From the NCBI GenBank assembly GCA_017380355.1, contig JAFOED010000156.1, forward strand, positions 1-41,142: DNA of 41,142 nucleotides, given 5' to 3'. Shown piece after piece: positions 9,678 through 17,212 of the stretch. The translations under genes and the position numbers were made by a program. The DNA comes from Ruminococcus sp. GTDB lineage: Bacteria; Bacillota; Clostridia; Oscillospirales; Acutalibacteraceae. A model generated the notes under the pieces. It saw only the letters and a list, made by a program, of their open reading frames with translations. It searched no databases and was not told the DNA's origin. Every line of letters starts with the position of its first letter. The stretch's first letter is position 1.

Positions 9678-10631
9678 ATGAAAAAATTGCTATGCGTTTT
9701 ATTAGCTATAATAATGATTATGTCTTCTGTTATTACTTCGTCTGCATTTGGATGGCAAGACCCAGGTGTTATTACAGTTGACGAAGCTGTTAAAGAGCAC
9801 GAGCTTAAGACAGGCGAAAAAGTCGAGACAAACAGATATTACTTCCTTATGCCGAATGGCTCTAACGGTGATTTAGGCGATGATGATTCGGTTGATGAAA
9901 CAGGCTATCCGCTGGGACATTTTGGAGAGTATTCTGAGTCGTGGTTTACAACATTATCAGACGGAAGTCCTGCGACAAATACTGCCTGTATTTACTGGTG
10001 GGATTCAGGCGTTGCTGATCCAGCTGCTTGGGTAGGTTACCTCCCATCAGGTGTTGACGTTAACGACCCTTGTGTCTTCTATGCGGATGTTCCAAAAGCT
10101 GTTACAACAATCATCTGGAATAATGGAGTAGACGGTGGTATGGATACCACACAGGATATCTACTTCTGTACTGCTCAGACAGTTAACATCCCATGTGAAT
10201 ACTATGATCCTGGCGAGTCACCAAACTACCCATATGGATTAGATTCATTTGATAATATGATTTATGTTCTAGACCCTGACTTAATAAGAATATGGGAAAA
10301 CGTCGAGTGTGGCGGTGAGTGGTATTACTACTACGGCGATGGTTGTTACGGCTTTGCAAAAGATGGAACAAAAGCGAATTGCCTACGCAACGATCACTAT
10401 GATGCTGATGGAAATCACACAGAAGCAGGAGAAACTGATGTTGTAAAGGGCGATGTTGACAACGATGGAAATCTCAGCATAGCGGATGCAACTTTAATTC
10501 AGCGTTTCGTAGCACATATCGATGAGTTCAGCGAAGAACAGGAAAAGTGTGCTGATATTGACAACAACAGCGCGGTAAATATCTTTGATGCAACAAAAGT
10601 CCAGATATACCTAGTTGGTTACAGAGAGTAA
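9678..10631 (+). CDS. Secreted dockerin-containing protein with an uncharacterised acidic, aromatic-rich domain
   Basis: Signal peptide (MKKLL...SSA). C-terminal duplicated Ca2+ loops GDVDNDGNLSIADATLIQ / ADIDNNSAVNIFDATKVQ. FYADVP..TTIIWNNG resembles a CBM26-like motif. Confidence 0.8.
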   Translation: MKKLLCVLLAIIMIMSSVITSSAFGWQDPGVITVDEAVKEHELKTGEKVETNRYYFLMPNGSNGDLGDDDSVDETGYPLGHFGEYSESWFTTLSDGSPATNTACIYWWDSGVADPAAWVGYLPSGVDVNDPCVFYADVPKAVTTIIWNNGVDGGMDTTQDIYFCTAQTVNIPCEYYDPGESPNYPYGLDSFDNMIYVLDPDLIRIWENVECGGEWYYYYGDGCYGFAKDGTKANCLRNDHYDADGNHTEAGETDVVKGDVDNDGNLSIADATLIQRFVAHIDEFSEEQEKCADIDNNSAVNIFDATKVQIYLVGYRE

Positions 10632-10645
10632 TAGTTTTGATTTAT

Positions 10646-10679
10646 AACAGCGTATCGAGCAACCGGTACGCTGTTTTTT
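10646..10679 (+). terminator. Intrinsic terminator
   Basis: AACAGCGTATCG ... CGGTACGCTGTT followed by Ts. Confidence 0.75.
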
Positions 10680-10875
10680 ATTGAGTTGCGGTTTAGATAC
10701 TTAATAATATCATGCCTCGTCCACCTACGATTCTCCTTAAAAGTCCACGTACTCAATTAACCACTCTTCGGACAGTTTGTACCCTTTGGCAGTCCCGACT
10801 CGTATGTCGTTTCCTCGAGGGCTGAGCACCTCGGACACTTAAATTTCGAACACTCGTTCGAATAATTCGCTATAA

Positions 10876-10981
10876 GAATTAACAATTACAGACTGAAATC
10901 TTTATGTCTTACAGAGAATTAACTATTACAGATTGAAAGTTTTTATTATTCCAAACGGAATTAACAATTGCTAAACTGTAA
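10876..10981. repeat. Three imperfect ~23-bp direct repeats
   Basis: GAATTAACAATTACAGACTGAAA (10876), GAATTAACTATTACAGATTGAAA (10916), GAATTAACAATTGCTAAACTGTAA (10958). Confidence 0.8.
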
Positions 10982-11162
10982 GTCAGATATATAAAGGTGT
11001 AACTGGAGTTTTTTTGCTATGTCTGTTAAAATATAGTTGTAAGGTAAAGAGGGTTTTTGAAAAATCCGACCTTAAAATTTATGGCTTTGAATATAAATCT
11101 TCACAGATTGGATATATACAGAACATTAAACTTTATGGAATTTTTTGAAGGAGGATGAATTT

Positions 11163-11333
11163 ATGCGTATCAACGTAATGGGCGAAAAGGTTTCGGACAA
11201 GATTGTAAAAATGTACGTAAACGAGCTAGTGAAAGCACATCCTGATAAGAGAATTTCTGCGGTGGATATCATCGTAGAGGGCGATTTTTTGAAGGTAAAG
11301 TGCAAATATGAGGAATTAGACTGTATCGCTTGA
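11163..11333 (+). CDS. 56-aa small protein resembling the N-terminal part of small clostridial NrdD-like glycyl-radical-domain proteins
   Basis: AAGGAGG RBS 8 nt before ATG and a strong terminator right after the stop. The family resemblance is from memory. Confidence 0.7.
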   Translation: MRINVMGEKVSDKIVKMYVNELVKAHPDKRISAVDIIVEGDFLKVKCKYEELDCIA

Positions 11334-11334
11334 A

Positions 11335-11368
11335 AAAATCCTCCTGCTTAATTGCAGGAGGATTTTTA
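11335..11368 (+). terminator. Intrinsic terminator
   Basis: AAAAATCCTCCTGC-ttaatt-GCAGGAGGATTTTT. Confidence 0.85.
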
Positions 11369-11380
11369 ATTTTTTTCTGC

Positions 11381-11408
11381 TTGACTTTTTTATAAAAGGT
11401 GTTATAAT
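11381..11408 (+). promoter_or_regulatory. Sigma-A promoter with extended -10 upstream of the riboswitch
   Basis: TTGACT-16-TATAAT with TG at 11400-11401. Confidence 0.65.
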
Positions 11409-11413
11409 CGTGA

Positions 11414-11546
11414 CAGTAAAGGGGAGTAGGAAGCAGCTTTGCTGCGGTATGGTTCGTCATCTCGTAGAAATACCGGACCACGCCCGAAACAGATTAGTTT
11501 TGAGACGAGACTTTTACTGCGTAAGGCGCAGTAGGAGTCTTTTTTT
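11414..11546 (+). ncRNA. yybP-ykoY (Mn2+-sensing) riboswitch with overlapping terminator
   Basis: AAAGGGGAGTAG...CGTCATCTCG...ACCGG...CGAGACTTTT core. Expression platform AGACTTTTACTGCG-taagg-CGCAGTAGGAGTCT+T tract overlaps the 3' strand of P1. Confidence 0.85.
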
Positions 11547-11562
11547 ATGCATGGAGGATTAT

Positions 11563-12498
11563 ATGATCTGGCTTAATATTTTACTTTTGCTCGTTGGTTT
11601 TGCGCTATTGGTTAAAGGCGCTGACTTTTTCGTTGACGGTAGCTCGTCTATCGCTCGACTACTGAAAATACCATCGGTTGTAATCGGTCTGACTATTGTA
11701 GCGATGGGTACATCGTCACCTGAAGCAGCGGTAAGTATCACAGCGTCAGTACAGGGTTCAAACGAGATTGCCCTTGGCAACGTCGTTGGTTCGAATATAT
11801 TCAACTTGCTTGCAGTGGTTGGTATGTGTGCGCTGATTAAGCCATTTGAGCTTGATAAAACTATACTGAAAAGAGATTATCCGTTTAATCTTATTGCGTG
11901 CGTAGTTATGATAGTATTTATGCTCATCGGAAGTCTCGTTGGTATGCTTGATGGCATAATGATGCTTGTATTATTAATAGGCTATATTACTTTCTTGGTA
12001 GTTGTTGCGCTGAAAAACCGCACAGAGGGTGACGAAAACACAAAGAAGAAGTCACCTGTTATAAGCGTCATTTGTATCATAGGCGGTCTTGCTGCTATTA
12101 TATTTGGCGGTGACCTCGTAGTTGATAATGCCAAATCTATAGCTTCTGCTGTAGGATTAAGCGAGACTTTTATTGGTCTGACAATCGTTGCTATCGGCAC
12201 TTCACTTCCTGAACTTGTGACAAGTATTGTCGCTTCGAGAAAAGGTGAGAATGAGTTAGCACTTGGTAACGTTATCGGTTCTAATATATTTAACATTCTG
12301 TTTATTTTAGGTTTATCAGGAGCAATCAGCCCGATTACAGTAGACACAAGTGCGATTATTAACACAATTATTATGATTGCAATGACATTTATAGTGTTCA
12401 TCGTTTGTGCTATCCGTAAAAAGCTCGGTAGGGTTGAGGGTGCAATTATGGTAGCTTCATATATTGCTTATACTGGTTATCTCATCTATGTCGGCTAA
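11563..12498 (+). CDS. Cation/Ca2+ exchanger family antiporter (YrbG-like)
   Basis: Two alpha repeats (GTSSPE...GNVVGSN; GTSLPE...GNVIGSN). Start at ATG 11563 behind GGAGG. Confidence 0.92.
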   Translation: MIWLNILLLLVGFALLVKGADFFVDGSSSIARLLKIPSVVIGLTIVAMGTSSPEAAVSITASVQGSNEIALGNVVGSNIFNLLAVVGMCALIKPFELDKTILKRDYPFNLIACVVMIVFMLIGSLVGMLDGIMMLVLLIGYITFLVVVALKNRTEGDENTKKKSPVISVICIIGGLAAIIFGGDLVVDNAKSIASAVGLSETFIGLTIVAIGTSLPELVTSIVASRKGENELALGNVIGSNIFNILFILGLSGAISPITVDTSAIINTIIMIAMTFIVFIVCAIRKKLGRVEGAIMVASYIAYTGYLIYVG

Positions 12499-12518
12499 TT
12501 TAAATAAGGTAAAACAAA

Positions 12519-12546
12519 AGCCACCTCACATTTGTGAGGTGGCTTA
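12519..12546. terminator. Bidirectional terminator
   Basis: AAGCCACCTCAC-attt-GTGAGGTGGCTT between convergent genes. Confidence 0.75.
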
Positions 12547-12563
12547 ATTTATTTAGGTAGATA

Positions 12564-15500
12564 TTATTTTGTTTTGTATGAGCCGATACCTAAACCATCA
12601 TCAAACTTAGCAACAAATCTCTGAATATATGTTGCGTCAACAACTGTGACTTCAGCGTCTCCATTAACGTCTGCAGCAATTTCATTGATTTCAGCTGTAA
12701 GTTTAGCGACAGCTCTCTGAACTAAAGTAGCGTCAATAACAACAACAGAGTCGTTTCCGTCAGCGTCACCGAGCATATACTTAGCGCTTGAGCCAGTGCA
12801 GATGTTGTCTGCCTTGTCGAGTACGAAGTAGTCGTACTGAACGTTATTGTCAGGTCTGTACTGTTCAGTGCCGTAAGTGTGTGTATCCTGTGACATATTT
12901 GAGTCGTAGTGGTTAGCCTTGTCGTACTTAACAACGATCTCGTGGTTGCCCTTAGTGAGGTCTAAGAGGAGGTGTGTACTTGTCTGGAAGTCGAAGTTGA
13001 CAACAGGGAAGAACATAGCACCAACGTCTTTACCGTCAACAAATACGGAACGGATAGCACAGTTAGAACATGAGTTAGGGTCGTTAGAGCTGTAGTCGTT
13101 GTAACATGCCCAGAAGAGATACTGGCCTTCTTCTGCGATATTTACATTTATCTTGAGCTCTCTGTTAACGTTTGCAGCGAAAGTATCAGTAACAACCTGC
13201 TTGCCTGCAACAGTAGTCTTAGAAAGACTTGTGAGTGTGCAGTTCTCAGCTTCAATCTTAATACGACCAGGGCTTACGATAATAGGTCTTGACATTTCGC
13301 TCCATACGCCGTCACGGGAGATAACAACTACTGAGTACGCACCGTAAACTGTAGGATCTACTGTGTAAGAGTTTGTAGCACAGTCAACATATTCAGAGCC
13401 TGTCCATACTTTGTATGTGCAACCACTCTGTGCGCCCCATGTGAGCTTATTGCCTGAAAGTTTAGCAACAGGCATTTTTGGAGATATAACGTGGTTTTTC
13501 TCGTCGTTGAGGTTAACTTTTTCGTCGTTGTACTCGTTTTCGCTTTCCTTAACAACGATGTCGATTTTGTAGTCACCAGTTGCACCGAATGGGAGTGTGT
13601 AGGATGTGCCTACGTTCTCGCCGTTTACTGTGATAGAAACGATTTCACTTCCCTTACCTGTGAGTGAGAGGTCGATTGTAGCGTCACAGTATGTATAGTT
13701 ATCGATGTAGAACGGACCTACCATCCACTCAGGAACGTAAGGTTCGAAAGTGATACCGTCAGTATCGTAAATCATACCGAAGAGTACTTTGTAGTAACCT
13801 GAAAGTGTAGCAGCGATAGACCATAACTGGTGGTTAACGTGGATACCTTCACCTGTTGTGAAGTCTACAACTTCCTTGTTTACGAGAGAAGTAGCAGCAG
13901 CTGTGATACATGAGTTCCAGATTTCCTCAGAAAGCTCGTCGTAACCGTGTTCTGCACCAGCAAGCATAAGCTGTGCTTCCCAACCCGGCCATACGCCACG
14001 GTTGTGGTAAACTCTGTCTTTGTGTTCGAGGTCACCCTGTTTGTTAGGGTAAACAACGTTTGCACCGTAAGTTACGAGTGGATAGTTCTCAGCGATAGAT
14101 TTGAGCTGTTCTTCAGAACCGATGTTAAACCAGAGTGCGTAGCCGTTTGCGATACAGTCGATTTTGTATGCAAGTGGTGCGCCCATATAGCTTGGATACT
14201 CCCAAGCAGCGTAAGCGCCGAGTTCATCGTGCCAGAGTCTTTCTGTAACTGCTTTATAGAGAGCATCGTATTTTTCCTGTAAGTATGCTTTGTCTGATTT
14301 ACCTAAAATGTCAGCAGTCTCGATCATTCTCTGGAGTACGCCGAGGTAAATCATATTTACGCTTGCTGCCTTGCATTCTGCGATGTTAGCGAGAGATTCT
14401 TCAACCTCGTTACCCATCCAGTCAGGATATGTCTGTGAACGCCAGTCAAGACCACAAGTTTCGCCCTTAATAAGGCCTGACTCTTCGTCGTATGCTGTGT
14501 TATAGTCCTGCTTAATGTTATCTAAGCAGATGTCATAGAAATACTCGAGAACAGACTCATCGCCTGTTGAGAGGTAGATTTCCCATACTGAGAGGTATGT
14601 GATAATCTTGTCAGTTGATACAGGGTAAGAACCGCCTGTACCTGTATCCTGTTCGAATACCTTAAAGCCGTTGAAATGAACAACTTTCTCTTTCGCACAG
14701 TTAAGTGAGATTTCAGGATAAATAGCAGCTAAGGAGAATTCACATGACATAGCTGTGTCACGAGTCCATACCTTTCTCCATGTTTCACCTGTGTAGAAAG
14801 CTGTACCAAACTCAGACTGGAACTTGTTGATAACGGTTTCTTCCATAGAGAGGTTGTAAACAGCTTCAGCAAGTGGAGTGTTAGGAGCACGGAAAACAGG
14901 CATATCAGATGTGTTATGCTCCTGAGTCCATGTATTAGCTGTGCCTGAAGTAGTTGATGTGATAGATGTAGGTGAGTTTACAGTAACTGTACCCTTTGTA
15001 TCAACGATGCCGTTAGGATTAAGAGTGTATGAGTAGCCGTATACATAGTCAAGGTCAGCGTTAAACTGTGAACTTAAGTAGTAAGCAGGGTAGTAAGCAG
15101 CCTGAGCGTTACCGTTCTGCTTTTCTGTATTGATAGCAGCTGAATCTGTGTAAGTACTTAAAATACGGTACTTACCTGTAGACATATCTACCATCCACTT
15201 GCCCTGATTGGTGTTTCCGTCAGGAGCAGCAAGAACATCTGCGCCTGAAATGTAGAGGTAGTTTCCTGTTTTTGCGTTCTGGATGTAACAAACCTGTGGG
15301 TCTTGTGTTGGAATAAAGTTCCAAGTTGTGTTAGCGGAAGCGTAGTCAGCGGCATTTATGCTGATATAAGCGAGCTTGCCGTCTTTTTCGCACAGCACCT
15401 GGTCAGCGTGGTCGCTCCAAGCGCTCTGGATAGAAACGTTCTGCTGGATTTTATCGAATGTGTAGAGATTCTTTGTGTCGCCTGAAAGAACAGTTGCGTT

Positions 15501-16109
15501 ATATGCACCTGTTAAAGCGCTTACTTCAAAAAGAATGGAGCTTTCTTTTGAGAGAGTAATCTTAGCGTTATCGCCTGCAGGAGTAGCCCAAGTCCAGTCA
15601 GAAATTGCGAACTTGTACTCGTGAGTACCTGCTGGGAGAGTTTTTACTAAGGCAAAGTTGTTGTTGCCTTTGTTTTCGAGTTTGTTTTCTTCCTTTGCAG
15701 GCCACATCTCGCCGTCAAATGAGCCGCGAAGATAAATCGCCTGTGTAGGAGCAGTAACAGCCTCAGCCTTTACTGTGTAAGCGTTAGGGTCCATAGTGAA
15801 CTTAACTAAACCGCCCTCAGTAAGTGTTAAAGTTGCGTCCTGAGAAGGAACTGACCAGTTCCAACCGTCTCTTGCGACTTTATATTTATGAGTGCCGGCA
15901 GCAAGAGTAACAGTAATAGAGAACGTGCCGTTACCGTTGTCTGAGAGGGCATATTCACTACGCTCTTCCCAGTTGTTAAATGTTCCTCTTAAGTAGTATG
16001 TAGAAGCAGCAGACGCGGAAAGTGGTGCAACCATAATGGTAGCCATCATCAGCATCAGTACTAATACAAGTGAAACTACTTTGCAGAGTAATGATTTTGA
16101 TTTTCTCAT
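12564..16109 (-). CDS. Secreted multimodular (alpha/alpha)6-barrel glycosidase (debranching-enzyme/MGH1-like) with tandem N-terminal carbohydrate-binding modules, beta-trefoil-like region, CBM6/35-like module and dockerin
   Basis: Signal peptide; two YLRGxF..W...G.H.YK repeats; WTRD, DTGTGGSYPVSTD, LDWRSQTYP and YHNRGVWP motifs; IEAE-start CBM-like module; C-terminal dockerin (GDADGNDSVVVIDATLVQ / ADVNGDAEVTVVDATYIQ). Confidence 0.8.
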   Translation of the reverse strand: MRKSKSLLCKVVSLVLVLMLMMATIMVAPLSASAASTYYLRGTFNNWEERSEYALSDNGNGTFSITVTLAAGTHKYKVARDGWNWSVPSQDATLTLTEGGLVKFTMDPNAYTVKAEAVTAPTQAIYLRGSFDGEMWPAKEENKLENKGNNNFALVKTLPAGTHEYKFAISDWTWATPAGDNAKITLSKESSILFEVSALTGAYNATVLSGDTKNLYTFDKIQQNVSIQSAWSDHADQVLCEKDGKLAYISINAADYASANTTWNFIPTQDPQVCYIQNAKTGNYLYISGADVLAAPDGNTNQGKWMVDMSTGKYRILSTYTDSAAINTEKQNGNAQAAYYPAYYLSSQFNADLDYVYGYSYTLNPNGIVDTKGTVTVNSPTSITSTTSGTANTWTQEHNTSDMPVFRAPNTPLAEAVYNLSMEETVINKFQSEFGTAFYTGETWRKVWTRDTAMSCEFSLAAIYPEISLNCAKEKVVHFNGFKVFEQDTGTGGSYPVSTDKIITYLSVWEIYLSTGDESVLEYFYDICLDNIKQDYNTAYDEESGLIKGETCGLDWRSQTYPDWMGNEVEESLANIAECKAASVNMIYLGVLQRMIETADILGKSDKAYLQEKYDALYKAVTERLWHDELGAYAAWEYPSYMGAPLAYKIDCIANGYALWFNIGSEEQLKSIAENYPLVTYGANVVYPNKQGDLEHKDRVYHNRGVWPGWEAQLMLAGAEHGYDELSEEIWNSCITAAATSLVNKEVVDFTTGEGIHVNHQLWSIAATLSGYYKVLFGMIYDTDGITFEPYVPEWMVGPFYIDNYTYCDATIDLSLTGKGSEIVSITVNGENVGTSYTLPFGATGDYKIDIVVKESENEYNDEKVNLNDEKNHVISPKMPVAKLSGNKLTWGAQSGCTYKVWTGSEYVDCATNSYTVDPTVYGAYSVVVISRDGVWSEMSRPIIVSPGRIKIEAENCTLTSLSKTTVAGKQVVTDTFAANVNRELKINVNIAEEGQYLFWACYNDYSSNDPNSCSNCAIRSVFVDGKDVGAMFFPVVNFDFQTSTHLLLDLTKGNHEIVVKYDKANHYDSNMSQDTHTYGTEQYRPDNNVQYDYFVLDKADNICTGSSAKYMLGDADGNDSVVVIDATLVQRAVAKLTAEINEIAADVNGDAEVTVVDATYIQRFVAKFDDGLGIGSYKTK

Positions 16110-16244
16110 ATAGTTTACCTCCGTATATTGGTAGTACCATTATACAAAATTTGTTGATAATTTACAATACATTTTTGCTGTAATTTGTAATTTTTTTCGA
16201 CAAATCGTACAAAAAAGCCGCCTCATTATGAGACGGCAGAAAAT

Positions 16245-17108
16245 CTACTGTACAGGTTGTGTTTTCTTAGTGTTTAATACACAATTTATAGTGATGGTCA
16301 AAATCACAACTGCTCCCGAAATAATAGCGAGAGTGGATGGAATCTCTTTTGTGACAAGTGCGACGAGCACAGGGTTAAGTACAGGCTCGATTGCGGCTAT
16401 TAGACAGCATAGCAGAGCAGGACAGTTTGTGTTTGCGAGTCCGTAGAGTGCGTACGGGATACCCAGCTGGAAAACACCTAAGAATAACAGACATAAAACA
16501 GGTGTTAAGTCGGTTGTGAAATTTTTTTCGAAAAACAGCGACGATAAAACACCTATTATAGCGGTAAGAAATTGGCTGAGCATTATACCCGAGAGCTTTT
16601 CATCTTTGTTACATTCTCCTACACAAACAAACATCATACCCATACAGACACCCGCAAGCAAACCGAAGATGTTGCCGAGCAGATGGCCTCCTTGTAAACT
16701 GTCTACAAAAAACAGCACAATACCGAGCATTGTTATCAGCACGGTTATAAGGTCGTTTGTTTTAGGTTTTTTCTTAAAAAACAACCACGAAAACACCACG
16801 ATATATATAGGTGCGGTGTACTGCAGAACAATTGCATTTGCGGCGGTGGATAATTTAGTCGAAAGCACAAAGAAAATCGCGGTAGCGCTGACGAATACCA
16901 TAGATACAAGCGACTTCTTGTTTACCACTATCTTTATTTTAGCAATAAGCATAAAAATGAGTATTGTGATGCCTGCGATAAGTCCTCTGTACCCAGCAAT
17001 AGCAAATGGGTTAAGGTCGATTTTATTAATGAACAGTCCTGCTGTACTCCATAAAACAGAGCAGATGACCATTTGGATAATTCCGATTTTCGTTTTATTT
17101 TTTGTCAT
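16245..17108 (-). CDS. EamA/DMT-family transporter
   Basis: About 10 TM helices in two repeats; ANAIVLQYTAP and EPVLNP motifs. Start taken at ATG 17108. Confidence 0.88.
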   Translation of the reverse strand: MTKNKTKIGIIQMVICSVLWSTAGLFINKIDLNPFAIAGYRGLIAGITILIFMLIAKIKIVVNKKSLVSMVFVSATAIFFVLSTKLSTAANAIVLQYTAPIYIVVFSWLFFKKKPKTNDLITVLITMLGIVLFFVDSLQGGHLLGNIFGLLAGVCMGMMFVCVGECNKDEKLSGIMLSQFLTAIIGVLSSLFFEKNFTTDLTPVLCLLFLGVFQLGIPYALYGLANTNCPALLCCLIAAIEPVLNPVLVALVTKEIPSTLAIISGAVVILTITINCVLNTKKTQPVQ

Positions 17109-17167
17109 TAAATCACCGAAAATGATTTTAACATAAATATATATAAGGTTCAATATGTAAAAAGAAA

Positions 17168-17192
17168 ACGCCCACCGTAAATCGATGGGCGT
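17168..17192 (-). terminator. Intrinsic terminator after the lysW-like gene
   Basis: ACGCCCATCG ... CGGTGGGCGT followed by TTTCTTTT on the minus strand. Confidence 0.65.
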
Positions 17193-17212
17193 CATTTTTA
17201 AGTAGATTATAA

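Noticed and set aside
10770-10840. Cobalamin riboswitch, RNase P or hammerhead ribozyme
   Set aside because: Only scattered words match (AGGTGC, GAGGAAA, AACTGT). The B12 box, GAGGAAAGUCC and CUGANGA cores are missing.
10869-10970. Rex operators (TTAACAA half-sites)
   Set aside because: Only half-sites; the matching TTGTTAA arm at the required spacing is absent.
10876-10981. CRISPR array
   Set aside because: Only three degenerate units, 17-19-nt linkers, no terminal GAAAC-type motif and no cas genes in the window.
11410-11562. 51-aa N-terminal extension of the antiporter ORF
   Set aside because: The region is the riboswitch and its terminator; the real start is ATG 11563 with a GGAGG RBS.
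16516-17136. 206-aa antisense ORF (also 29744-30367, 11982-12401 and 1444-1875)
   Set aside because: Shadow ORFs opposite well-supported genes, with no motifs or RBS.
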